This document shows positions 30,515 through 42,440 of a DNA stretch of 64,000 nucleotides, in pieces. Numbering within the stretch: the stretch's first letter is position 1; every line of letters begins with the position of its first letter. The translations under genes were made by a program, and so were the position numbers. The notes beneath the pieces were generated by a model. That model was not told the origin of the DNA. It did not search any database and worked only from the letters and a program-made list of their open reading frames with translations. Source of the DNA: Cyanophora paradoxa CCMP329 (taxonomy: Eukaryota > Plantae > Glaucophyta); the NCBI GenBank assembly GCA_004431415.1, contig QPMI01000244.1, positions 17,496-81,495 on the forward strand. The letters run 5' to 3'.

Positions 30515-32286
30515 TTAGTGCTCCGCGGCGTGCTTCTCGTGCTCGAGCTCGTGGCCGACCTCGACGGCCTCGCCGATGTACACCGACGCGAGGGTCGCGA
30601 AGATGAGCGCCTGCGCGCCGCGTCGGCGCCGGCCCCGAGAGAAAAGGAAGGGAGATGCGGGCGACGGACCTGGATGGCCGAGGCGAAGAGGCCGAGGAGC
30701 ATGGCGGGGAGGGGCACGACCACGGGGATGAGGAGGATGAGCACGGACACGACCAGCTGCGGGGACGCTCAGCCGCCGCGTAGAGCGCAGGCGGGCGGGG
30801 CGCGGACCTCGTCGGCAAGGATGTTACCGAAGAGACGGAAGGAGAGCGAGAGCGGCTTGGTGAAGTCCTCAATGATGTTGATGGGGAGGAGGATCGGGGT
30901 CGGCTTCACGTAGCGGGTGAAGTAGCCGAGGCCCGCGCCCTGCGCCGCCCCGCCTCAGCGCGCGCGACGCGGATTTGATCTGCGCGCGCGGACCTTGAAG
31001 CCAGCGTAGAAGTACGCCAGCGAGACGAGGAGCGCCATCGACGCGGTGGTGTTGATGTCGTTGGTGGGCGCCGCGAGCTCACCCTGCGCAAGGCGGACCG
31101 AACCGGTCAGAACAACCTGCGAGCGTCGGCCCGGCGCGCGGGCTCGAGACGCACCTCCGGGATGTGGACGAGCTTCCAGGGGACCAGAGCGCCGGCCCAG
31201 TTGGACGCGAAGATGAAGAGGAAGAGGGTGCCGACGAAGGGGACCCACTCGCGGTAGTCGTGCTCGCCGATGTTCTGGCGGGCGATGTCCTCGATGAACT
31301 CGATGGCGTACTCGCCGACGTTCTGCACGCCGGTGGGCTCGCGCTCCTTCTTGCCGGACGCCGACACGCCGAAGGCGAGCAGGGCCGCGAAGATGATCCA
31401 GGTCACGAAGATGACCTGGCCGTGAACGTGCATGCCGTTCGGGAGGTCCCAGTACCAGTGCTTGCCGACCTCGACGGCAGCCAGGGGCATGGCCGACAGG
31501 GCGTCGATCGCCGCAGCCGGGTTGGCCAGGAGCTGGGCAGCCGAGGCCGACTCCGGGAACATCTGCGAGAACATAGCCGACGCGCCGAGGAACGCCGGGA
31601 CGGTCATCTTCTGGCCGTGCTCCGCAGCGAACTTCTGGACGGTCTTGGTGTCGCGCTGGGCGCGCTCCGCGCAGAACTCGAACGCGCGCTCAACAGGGCT
31701 CTGCTCAGCGCTGCGCATACAAAAAGAGGAGGAAGGAATGGTCAGATCGGACCGATTCGCGGGGCGAAACACTAGTCAAGCGCCCCACGGCGCCCGAGCG
31801 GTCGAGCCCGGCGGCAAACGGTGGAGAACCCATCTTTAGATGTCAAAAGAGAGGTCTAAACTGAATGCTAGGCCCCCGCGCGGCTGCCAGCGGTATAAGC
31901 GACGCTGCGCGCGCAAACCCCATCCCGCGGCGGAGGGATGATTTGGAGCCAGCGCGCTGCTCCCCGACGCTCTAGGACGGACAAGAGACATCTATTGCAT
32001 CCTCCTGCGCGCTCTGATGCGCCGCGCTGCCGCAGGACAGCCGGGGTCCCACGTGCGCGCAAGTCCAAGGTTGAAAAATCTGGCCGACGAACCTGGCGCT
32101 GACGAACTCCACAGCCTTCGACGCAGCCAGGCGGGCCGCGCGGCGGGTGGCGCCGACATTGACGCGGCCGAAAGCCTGGCTCTCGAAGAACCGGCTAATC
32201 TGGCGAGCCGCCTGCTTGGCCGCCGCCTGGGTGCTGACGGGCGCGGTGCGGCCGGAGGCCACGGGGGTGGAGACGATGAACGCCAT
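30515..32286 (-). CDS. atpI: Nuclear-encoded plastid ATP synthase CF0 subunit a (IV) precursor
   Basis: Mature part [99 protein letters not shown]; N-terminal transit peptide [16 protein letters not shown]...; several spliceosomal introns. Confidence 0.95.
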
Positions 32287-33171
32287 GGCGCTGCTTTGCC
32301 GACGCGAAATCGGCCCGAACGGAGTGTACCCCTCGAACAGTGTGTACCCCTTACCGAGTGAACCCCCCCAACTGCTTCGCACTAACTCGCGATCGGGGCT
32401 GTACCCTGGGCCGGCCGACAGCTCAGTGTGGCTCAGCCCTCGTACGTGGTGCGCGTTACCGCCCCTCCCTGGCGCCCTCAGCCCGCCGCTCACGCTCCCC
32501 CCGCGCCGCGGCGCACCGGCAGTTATTTCCTGTGGCAGTGTCCTGGTGAGCTCGGGCCGGCTCGCTCCCTGCGTTCAGTGCAGATGTATAGGGGAAGTAC
32601 GCCTTGGTCGAGCCGCCGACCACCGATCGCATCGCCGAGTCGCGCTCGCGCACTGCGGCAGCTGCAGCGCCGGCGCCCGACCCCGAGCTCATCCTGCCGC
32701 CCTCGAGCGGCCGGCGCTCGCTCGCTGCGCTCCTCAACGCAACGCGCTCGGCTCCACGCCCGCGGCGCAGTGCAGATCGTAGGTATCGAGCGCCTAGACG
32801 CGCACGGGCGCCGGTGCGGCCGCGGGCCCGTCAAGGACGTCCCCGGGCCCGCGACCCGGTGCGCTGCACGTGCGTCCCGGCTCTCTGTTATCACTCGTGT
32901 GCCCAGCCGCTCGGGCTAGGCGCGCACGGCCCCGGCCTCCTGCAGCTGATCATGAGCGGCTGCATCCTCTCCTCGCCCCCTCTCCTCCTTCGCCCCTCCC
33001 TCTCCCCCGTCCCTCTCCTCACAAGGGCGCAGTGGCCACGGGAGGTCAAGCACCAGTCGGCGAGCGGGTTAAACAGGTTAGCTGTACTGTCCCGCTCCCA
33101 GCATCCGTTTTCCTTTCGAAGCCCACTGCAGCCTGTGCTGTACCCCGCGCCTTGACGAGCCACCCTCCGCA

Positions 33172-34140
33172 GGTCTATCGGGGGTGCAACTTCCCCCTGC
33201 AACCCTTTCACCCGTACCACGCACCCCCCTCACCCCGTACCCCGTACCCCCCTCACCCGTACCCCGTACCCCCGTTCCTCAGGCTCCTGTACCCCGCGCC
33301 ACAACGAGCTCCCTGCCTGTTGTCTGCTCTTCACTGGAGCTCTGGTGGAGCTCTGCACTAACTGAGTGTGTACCAGTACCCCGTCGAGCAGGCCGATTGC
33401 ATCGCGCCCATCAACTACATCAAGCTCGGGCGCGCGGGGTCCCGCCAGAGGAGGGAAGCGCTCGCGCTCATCCCCCCGGGGGATCGCCTCTTGCCTGCGC
33501 CTGGCCTCCCCGCTCGCACGCCCCGAGTCCACGCGTCGGACGAGCTCATTGTTCGCCATGAGCTCTACGAGTGGGCGCATCTTTGGGCGCTCGCGCACGG
33601 CGCCGGCCATGTCCTGCAGGTCCTGCGGATCTTGCACGATAGCCCTGTGGACGGCAACCGCAAGGTCTACGGCAAGGATCGAGTGCGACCGGGTGCATGT
33701 TCCTTTTGCGTTTATCGTGAGCTTGTGTTGAATTCAGGCTCGCAGACTTCCTGATTGAGTTCGAGCACTTCGTCGTTGTGGTGGAGGTGGACGAGCGGGG
33801 CCACGGGCGCACCAACGTCTTCGCTAGAATGTCCCTGAGCACCGCGATTCGCTACAGGCGCTCCGCGGAGGACGCCCGGATGCGGGAGGCGAAGCGCGAG
33901 CGGGAGGCCGCGCGGGCGGAGCGGGAGGCGAAGGAGCGCGAGCGGGAGGCGAAGGAGCGCGAGCGGGAGGCGAAGGAGCGCGAGCGGGAGGCCGCGTGGA
34001 CGCGCGAGGACCGGAAGTGCATGCTCAAGCAGCTGTGTCGTGGGAGACCTGTGGATCCTGCACTGTGGGAATTTCGCACTGCGGGGCCTCACCTCCAACC
34101 TCCGCCCCGGCCTCCACCCGGCCGTGGGCCGCCTGCTTAG
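33172..34140 (+). CDS. Hypothetical gene or pseudogene with PD-(D/E)xK-like motif and EREAK repeats; 5' end unresolved
   Basis: Exon-like segments YQYPVEQADCIAPINYIKLG...HELYEWAHLW and DFLIEFEHFVVVVEVDERGH; 21-bp tandem repeat encoding EREAKER; TAG at 34138-34140. Confidence 0.4.
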
Positions 34141-34271
34141 CCGCCGCCTGGCCATCATGTTGAAGTGATATGCACAAATTGAATGAATGGCGATGGATGC
34201 ATCGATACCCTACCTCGAGCTCGCGATCGAGCTCAGCTGCAGCTATCATAGTATAGCGCTAGCTATATATA

Positions 34272-35800
34272 TTGGGCCCCCCCCATAATTTTTTCCCAGG
34301 TCGCCCTCCGAATTTATCCTGAGGGCACCCACCCGACAAACCTCCCCTCAACGCTGCCCCCAACGTGCCCGCACCGTGCCCTATCGGTGCCCGCTCGGTG
34401 ATTGGTCGGTGTCGCCCCCTTCCCCTCTCATATATCATATGCATATATCTTCTACCCGGCTCGACCTCTAGCGCACGCTCGGTCCAGTTACCCGCTATCG
34501 GTGACCAATCGGTGCCCTGTCCGTGTCGCGTGCGTGCCCTCAGGAAGGAATCCTCCCCCCCAGACCCGAACCCGGGTCTTCGCCCCCGGAACCGAGAATC
34601 CTAACCGCTAGGCTAAAACCGCAACCGAAATCGGCAGTTTTCAGGCGGGTATTTGAACCGCCTCCACCCACGACTGGCAACAATGGTGGGACCCTGGAAA
34701 ATTTTCCAGCCGCCCCGCGACGCAATGCGGCGCCGCAGCGAGCACTGCGAGCGACGCAGCGCATGGTAAATATCGCTAACATACCGCTGGAAAGGTCGAA
34801 TTCAAGCTCGCAGTCATGCCCGGCGGCCGAAATTTTTGAAACGATCCGACTCACTCGAAAATTTGATCCACATGCATGGGCCAGCCGATTCCTGTCCGAC
34901 AATTCACGAGAGCAATGCGCATAGATGCGCATAGACTTAACAAAGCCTGCGCCGCCCCGAAATCCGCCTTCGACCACCGGCGCAGCGCGAAAAGACGAAC
35001 TGCAGAAAAATGCGATTCTGCACTCTCCTATCGAACTTTCCGCGCGCCCACGCCACGGCGCGCGCGCACAGCAATACAGTATGCATATTGAATGTATTTT
35101 AAGCGATTCACATGCTTCTGGCATGCGCCAGGCCCCGGGAACCCGGGCTGCAATCAAGTTCGTTCAGGGACACCCCCATCAACCTTTCCGCGTGTCCATG
35201 CCTCCACACGCGCGGGCATCGCCGGGCTATGTTCGTGTGATGTTTATCTGAAGTTGAGCGTGCTATGCGCGCGCAAAAAGCCTCCGAAATCCCGGGAGTC
35301 CACTCGGAACCGAAAAATCGATCCTGCACGTGCCTCTCCAATTTTCGAAGCACATGCATCAACCTTTCTGCGTGCTCGCGCCTCCACGCGCACGGGCATC
35401 AACATGCTATGTTCCTACCGTAGTACGCATGCTTTACGCGCGCGAGAAGCCTCGAAATCCAGTCTGAACCGGTAAATCGATCCTACACATGCCTCTCTCA
35501 TTTTCGATGAGCCTGCACTGTTCCAGGTCTCAAGAATATTTATGCATGCTTTTCTGATGTTCGAAGACGCCCGGCCGCGCCTCAGCAGCTCTCACTAGCA
35601 CTAGCTATAGGCTCACGAAATTTGCGAACCAGATCTAGATCTAGATCTACTTAGATCTACCTTGATCTTTTATTGAGCTCGTGTACTGATTTAAATCAAT
35701 GTTCTTCCCCTTAGATCTGGATAACTCGAAGGAATCTGGATGGGTGGGAAGGGGTGGGGGGAAGGGGGGGGGGGCCTTCCCCGCGTGAGCGGGTGTCTTG
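34272..35800 (+). mobile_element. Non-autonomous Helentron/Helitron2-like element A
   Basis: Starts TTGGGCCCCCCCC after a short (TA)n; subterminal GGGGGGGGCC, then hairpin CCCGC-GTGA-GCGGG (35780-35793) and CTTG end before (TA)5; internal degenerate repeats; first ~800 bp nearly identical to element B. Confidence 0.7.
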
Positions 35801-38205
35801 TATATATATATTGGGCCCCCCCCATAAATTTTTCCCAGGTCGCCCTCCGAATTTATCCTGAGGGCACCTACCCGACAAACCTCCCCTCAACGCTGCCCCA
35901 ACCGTCCCAGCACCGTGCCCTATCGGTGCCCGCTCGGTGATTGGTCGGTGTCGCCCCCTTCCCCTCTCATATATCATATGCATATATCTTCTACCCGGCT
36001 CGACCACAAGCGCACGCTCGGTCCAGTTACCCGCTATCGGTGACCAATCGGTGCCCTGTCCGTGTCGCGTTCGTGCCCTCAGGAAGGAATCCTCCCCCCC
36101 AGATCCGAACCCGGGTCTTCGGTTCCGGAACCGAGAATCCTAACCGCTAGGCTAAAACCGCAACCGAAAATGAAAGTTTTCAGGCGGGTATTTGAACCGC
36201 CTCCCACCCACGAGTCGGAAGGATGGTGGGACCCTGGAAAATATTCCAACCGCCCCACGACGCAACCCGGCGCCGCAGCGAGCACTGCGAGCGACGCAGC
36301 GCATGGTAAATATCGCTAACATACCGCTGGAAAGGTCGTCTTCAACCTCGCAGTCACGCCAAAATTTTTGAAACGATCCCAGTCAATCGAAAATTTGATC
36401 CACATGCATGGGCCAGCCGATTCCTGTCCGACAATTCACGAGAGCAATGCGCATAGATGCGCATAGACTTAACAAAGCCTGCGTCGCCCCGAAATTCGCC
36501 TTCGAGCGCCAGCGAAGCACGAGAAGGCAAACTGCAGCAAAAATGCGATTCTGCACTCTCCCATCGAACTTTCCGCGCGCCCACGCCGCGGCGCATGCGC
36601 GGAACAATAGTATAAGCATTTGAGATATAGAGACAGCATTCCGTTTGCTCTCTAGATGCGCCGGGCCGCGAGAACCCAGCCGTCCCCGAAAATTCGATCC
36701 CGCATGGACCTGAACATCTGTCCTCACGCCCTCGCATCCTGACGCATGCGCGTCGCTAAAATATTTATTTGACAGCTTTACAAAGTTTTGCGCAAGCTCT
36801 GCGGCCGGGACAGAGCACGAAAACTCAGCAGACGCCAAAAATTCGATCCTGCAGAGACCTGCAGCTGCACATGTACATCGATATCTTTCCGCCCGCCCTC
36901 GCCTCCGCAGCCCTAGGCCAGCACTGCGGGAGATCAATACTTTATGCATTCGAGATTCTGTTTAAGCGATTCGCAGGCTCCGAGCTCGAGGCTCTGTACA
37001 TGCGCCTGACCACGAGAACCCCACCCCGGCCCGGCCCTCTCAGTGCACGTGCACATCCGATCGCGATGATCTCTCCTCGAAACTCTCGCCTAGGCCTTAA
37101 CAAGCTCGTGTACTGATTTAAATCAATTTGCAATGTGTTTTCCCGTCCATTTAAACTAATCGAACGAATGTTGACGGGTGTTGCAGTAGGCATATACCTT
37201 CCCAAGTCCCTGTAGCCCTGTACCCATATAGCTCAGTCCTCCTGTACCCCAATATACCACCTTGCCAGCTATCTAGCCTGGCAATACCCTCGCCGTGGAC
37301 TCTACGCGCACTCCGTGCTGGCCAGCTGTCCACAGCAGCTGCGCCGGCCGAGTCCGTAGGAGCTCGGCGCGTCTACGCGGTGATGCAACCGTGCGCGGCT
37401 CATCCAACCAGCTAGAGACTTCGAGGGGACCACAAGCATCAGCTCGCGACTCCGGAAGCGGCCCCGCCCGCGGCCGTTTCGGTGGACGAAGGGCAACTTG
37501 GCTTTCGGGACCATCATCAGCCCGGCAAAAATTGTTTTTCGAGGCCAGCGAGCGAGCAATCAGCTCTCTAGGGGACACTGCCCGGGCAGTGGGAGTTCGC
37601 GGATCGCGCACCGCATCGCGGCCGCGATCTTCGTAAGCTCCAGGCAGCTACGTTCGGAAGAGGCTTGCGGGGGCGTTTCGGCAACCCCGTAGGTCCGCCT
37701 TTCGTCGTAGTAAAGAGACGTCGTCAGGGGTCGTTTCGGCTGCCCCGTGCGCACGCTCTCGAGCCTTCCGGCGGCCCAGCTTCCAGCCGGCGGTCGCCAG
37801 CCCGGCTCAACACCAGGCGTGCGCGCGCGTGTGGGGACGACGCCCACGTGCACGGGTCGTACGCAGTGCTCGGAGGACTGGGGCGAGTGCGGAGCTCGAC
37901 AGGCGGAGTGACGGCGGCGACTCTCGGAGGCGCGCTCACGACCTCGGCCAAGACCGCCACGACGCCCGCCTCAGCGCCGCGCATTCCACGGCCTTTCGAA
38001 GGGGGAGACTCTGCCAAAATTTTCGGCTCAGCTCGTCGCCAGCTCGCCAGCGATCAGCCAGCAGCCGCCCCGTACCAGCCCGCGGACAGCTGGAAGCGCC
38101 GCGAGCCCCGGCCTCATCCCCTCTCATCCCTTCTTTCTTTCCTTCATCTACTACCTCTCTACGATGTCGCGACACGGGCGGCCACCCCCGGTGACGACGG
38201 CGGGC

Positions 38206-39879
38206 ATGTCCCACATCGCGGCCATCACCCATCGACAGGCAGCCGAGCAGCAGACCTACAACCAGCGGCTCCAGTACACGGAGGCACCCGTGCAGATGTC
38301 AGTCGGCAAGGGAACTATCGTCTGGTCGTGCGGCACGCCTCTGACGACGTCAAATGTCAAGCGGACGGTCAAGGAGTTCACGCGCGCCGCCCACACCAAG
38401 CCTTTCTTCCCCGGCGCCCCCTCGACTGCGGAGGAGCGGCGCCAGGCCAACTACACCCTCATGGAGTTCTCTCGGCTGCTCGCGGAGAGAGATCGGGCGG
38501 ACTTCGCGCAACACCTGTACCGGCAGGAGCAGCATGACGCGGCGACGGCGCCACTCGTGGAAGCCGTCAACGTGCAGGACCTGGTGCTGGCTGGCATCCC
38601 GCAGGCGGACATGCTACGGCGGACGCAGGAGCAGAACCGACTCGACGAACTGCGGCGGACGTTGGCGGCGGCGCAGCAGCGAGCACCCCAGCCTCCGCTA
38701 CGTCACGTCGGAGACCTCACTCGTTGGCTCCACGCTCGCATCGACCCCGTCGACAAGGTCCGCATCACCAACTACACGCGCGAGATGCACATGGGCCTGC
38801 GCCCCGATCAACACTTCGAGCTGACGGTGGAGGCCATCGAGCTCAGCGGCAAGACCCCGACCCCGGCCGTCGTCATGGCGTCGCTGGAGGAGCAGATCCT
38901 CCTCCGCCAGCAGCAGCACGCCGACGCCTGGGAGATGTTCGGCGCCGAGGCCCACCACCGGCGGAAGAACTTTGCGACGCTGGTCGACAAGGCCATGCCG
39001 CAGCTTCGGGATCTCTGCCGGCAGCTCGAAGCTGACATACCGGGCAACCTCGAGCTTCAAACCTCCTCTTTCCTCGCAAGCGCCCCGATGATCTTCCAGC
39101 AGCCCCAGATCCTCGGCAACAGCTGGGACGTCAACCTGGGGGAGGAGGACACGAAGTCACCCGCAGCTCACGCGATTCGGATGGCAGCAGCGGCGTCGGC
39201 GGAAGGGGGAGCGTTGTCCAACTCCGAGGAGATGTCGGCACTCTTCGGGGCGGGCGGCGGCCGGGGCGACTCGTCCCACGCGACACCGACCAAGCGGCCC
39301 CGCCAGGAGCTGGCAGCAGCGCTCGGCGCAGCAGATATTAACACCCAGCCTACAGCCGCCCCGACGCTCAACTTCATCGCACAGATTGTGCAGGCCACAG
39401 TCACATGCCTCCACAACAGGCTCGTGCAGGACGCAGCAGCGTACGCCACCTCCATGCAGCCGCGGGGCGCCCCCGTCAACACCTCTGGGCCAACGAACGC
39501 CGCCGTTGACCCGTACTCCGACACTGAGAGCGACCTCTACCAGCCCAACAGTACCACCGCCCAGCAGAGCTCAAGCTCAAGTCTCCCGCTGGCCCTCTAC
39601 CCTCCGCCCCCTCAGCTCCCGCAAGCGCTGCCGTCGCCCTACACCTCGATGCCGGCCGGCCTCCCCCAGCCCCTGGCGCCACCAGCTGCAGCTGCAGCAT
39701 GGCCGGCCCCGCCCCTCTGCTGGCGCTGTCAGGCCCTCTTCCAGATGCAGTGGCCTTTCATGCATCGCGAGGATGACTACACTCAGTGTGCGGCGGCCTG
39801 CGCCCTGGCGGGCCTCCCGTTGCCTCTCGGCGCGCCGGCGCTCCCGCCCAACTGGCGGGCGCGGCTCGGCCTCTTCTGA
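38206..39879 (+). CDS. Intronless Gag-like protein with divergent C-terminal zinc knuckle
   Basis: Long uninterrupted ORF (upstream in-frame start 38164) inside the terminal repeats; helical-looking N-half; Pro-rich linker; CWRC-x11-H-x7-C near the end. The Gag call is inference. Confidence 0.6.
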   Translation: MSHIAAITHRQAAEQQTYNQRLQYTEAPVQMSVGKGTIVWSCGTPLTTSNVKRTVKEFTRAAHTKPFFPGAPSTAEERRQANYTLMEFSRLLAERDRADFAQHLYRQEQHDAATAPLVEAVNVQDLVLAGIPQADMLRRTQEQNRLDELRRTLAAAQQRAPQPPLRHVGDLTRWLHARIDPVDKVRITNYTREMHMGLRPDQHFELTVEAIELSGKTPTPAVVMASLEEQILLRQQQHADAWEMFGAEAHHRRKNFATLVDKAMPQLRDLCRQLEADIPGNLELQTSSFLASAPMIFQQPQILGNSWDVNLGEEDTKSPAAHAIRMAAAASAEGGALSNSEEMSALFGAGGGRGDSSHATPTKRPRQELAAALGAADINTQPTAAPTLNFIAQIVQATVTCLHNRLVQDAAAYATSMQPRGAPVNTSGPTNAAVDPYSDTESDLYQPNSTTAQQSSSSSLPLALYPPPPQLPQALPSPYTSMPAGLPQPLAPPAAAAAWPAPPLCWRCQALFQMQWPFMHREDDYTQCAAACALAGLPLPLGAPALPPNWRARLGLF

Positions 39880-41611
39880 GCATGTCCTTCGGCCCAGTGG
39901 CCTCCGGGGCGCCGGGCGGGAGGCGGCGCCCATGCCCCATGGGGGCTACCTTTCCCTACTCCTCCCCAATTTCTCTCCCCTCACCTGCCTCCTACCCCCT
40001 ACCCTTCCTCACTCTCCCTACCCGTACTCTGGCGCGGGGCTCACCCGAGCGCCCCAATCCGGCTGCCCTGATCACGTACCCCCCTCCGCTTGACTGCCTG
40101 CTACCCCTTTTTCTCGCCCCTACCCCGGCTCCCACCCCCTTCCCCGCGTACCCCCTCTGGATCCCCCCCCTCCCGCTGCCAGCGGCCGCGGCCCACCCCC
40201 GTACCCCAACGACGGGCTCATCTGAGCACCCTGATCCCCTTCTCCGCGTACCCCCCTCGGGATCCTCTGCCCCCCCGGGGGCCACCCCTCGCAACTCCTC
40301 TACCCCCCCCTGCCCCCTCGGCGGCGGCGGCGGCAGCGGCAGACTGCCGCGGCCGACTGCGGAGCTGCGCATGCGGATGGGAGAGGGAGAGGACATGTCA
40401 ACAAGATCCCAATCGCTGGGAAGCATATTTACTGGCTCCCCACGTTGCCCTATTCTTGGCTGACCGGTTTTTGTCGGCGAGATGTCGACGTCGATGATCA
40501 CCCCTGTCGATGCTGGCGGCACGACGCCCGGGCGGTGGCCCCCGATCGCAAGCCCGACGAGCCTCTGGGGGGCCGGCGGCAGACGCGCCCGAGGCTGGCT
40601 CCGGATCCGCCCCCCGAGGAATGCGGCAGCACTCCGTCGAGATGATTTCGAATGAGGTGAGCCACGGCAGGCCCACCCGGCTCGTGCGCTTAAGAACGGC
40701 CACCGTGGCCATGCAAGCCATAGCGGCCCCAAAAGCCATCGCGGCACGCAAGCCATGGCGGCAAAGTCACAGCGACTTGAGAGCCATAGCGGCTGAAAGC
40801 CATCGCGGCTTAAAATTTTCCTGGCGAGGCCACCCGCCCCAGACGACCTTTCCGGCGAGGCATAGCGCCCCGGTGGATCCCAAGGTTGTTTTTCGCAACG
40901 CAACGCTCGCGGGGGCAGTTTTCGCGCGCGACGCCTTGCCGTGCCGTCCCGCCACGCTAGCGCTGCGCCGCCACGCTGCGCCGCCGCGCTGCGCCGTCCC
41001 GCTGCACCGCCCCGCACGCTGGCCCGCTCCGCTCTGCGCTGGTTCTATCCTCATCGAGTTTCTTCCCCCCTTTTCGAGTTTCTTAAAAACGCTAATTATG
41101 ATCCCCTAGGGCCCAGCCCGCCTCTCTTTCACATGCCGTCCCGTGACAGCTTTTCTCAGCTGCTGTTCCACGGTTTGCCTCGTCACGGGCGGCATGTGAG
41201 AGGGGTGCTGGCTGGCCTCGGGGCCTGGCCGGTCGCCCTCCATCTGGGCTTGCTGCCCCCCCCCACCTCACCTTCTCCACGGCCCCAGCTCCCCCGGCGG
41301 CGATGCCGGCCCTCCCGCGGACCTCCTCCCCCTCGGCAGCGGCTCAGGCGGCTCGGCGACATGCACACCGCCGACGATCGACGTTCCATTATATACATTG
41401 TCTCGCTTGCGACGGCACGGCGGGGTTTTTGCCCGGTTTTTCCCCTGACCGTTACCGACCCTCGAGGGCATTCATCTGGCCCCGGGCGGCTTCTTCTTGC
41501 TCGCCCTCGATGGCAGTCTGTACGCTTCTTCTCGGACCTTTTTTTCGGTTTCCTGCTTTACTTTCGATCTATAGCTAGCGCTAGCCTAGTAGCAGTGCGC
41601 GAGGACGCGCT

Positions 41612-42257
41612 CTCGTGAAATAGTAACATGTTGCAGCTCGCAGCTAAGATATATATGGGCACGCGTCCTTTGTATTCTCCAGCTCCTATACTTATAGTCA
41701 GACCCCTTATCGCAGGCCCTCCCGATCCATAGCATCTCGGATCCGGAGGCTCTGAGGCTCGTACCCCCACATTTATATATGTACTCCCGCATCCATGTTG
41801 TACTCCCGCATATGCATACACGCTGGACCCATAGCTATGTATATATAGCTATATAGGATTGATATCTTACACGATCTTGCTTGTAGTAGTCTAGTTGGTA
41901 TCATATCTTTCGAGTTTCGTTTTCGAGGCCGCCCGGTCGGTGAGCGCGTAGGCTAAATAGGCGCTCTGGCTTGAGGTTGGGACCTCAGTTCTTCTTCATC
42001 GTACACCGCTCTTATAAATAATCAGCTTAGCACACCACGAGCCTCTCGTCTCGTGAAATAGTAACATCCCCTCGGCCAGCCACGAGCCTCTAGTCTCGTG
42101 AAATAGTAACATCCCCTGTACGCCGTTCGACTTCTCTCAGAGTTTCTCAGTATACGTATCTTTCGAAATTCCTCAGCTTTTTGATTCCTTTATAATTAAT
42201 TTCGTATATTTATCCTAGTTCAGTGCGCGAGGACGCGCACTCGTGAAATAGTAACAT
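41612..42257 (+). repeat. Four copies of CTCGTGAAATAGTAACAT
   Basis: Copies start at 41612, 42050, 42095 and 42240; each is preceded by C(A/G)CGAG able to pair with CTCGTG. Confidence 0.9.
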
Positions 42258-42440
42258 GTTGCAGTAGGCATATACCTTCCCAAGTCCCTGTAGCCCTGTA
42301 CCCATATAGCTCAGTCCTCCTGTACCCCAATATACCACCTTGCCAGCTATCTAGCCTGGCAATACGGGTGGGAAGGGGTGGGGGGAGGGGGGGGGGCCTT
42401 CCCCGCGTGAGCGGGTGTCTTGTATATATATATATATATA

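Larger units (their letters stand above)
37179..42364. mobile_element. Non-autonomous LTR-retroelement-like insertion with 108-bp direct terminal repeats
   Basis: Identical repeats 37179-37286 and 42257-42364 (TGTTGC...GCAATA); CGGG duplicated at 37175-37178 and 42365-42368; the reconstructed empty site resembles the matching position in sibling A; no RT or integrase ORF seen. Confidence 0.8.
35811..42422 (+). mobile_element. Non-autonomous Helentron/Helitron2-like element B, interrupted by an LTR-like insertion
   Basis: Same 5' end and same 3' end (GGGGCCTTCCCCGCGTGAGCGGGTGTCTTG) as A; followed by (TA)9. Confidence 0.7.

Noticed and set aside
37490-37530. Minus-strand CTGATGA...GAAA as a hammerhead ribozyme (Penelope-like element)
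   Set aside because: Stem II cannot close and no convincing stems I or III were found.
41612-42257. 18-bp repeat x4 as a CRISPR array
   Set aside because: Spacing is irregular (438, 45, 145 bp), the flanks are shared between copies, there are no cas genes, and the context is a eukaryotic mobile element.
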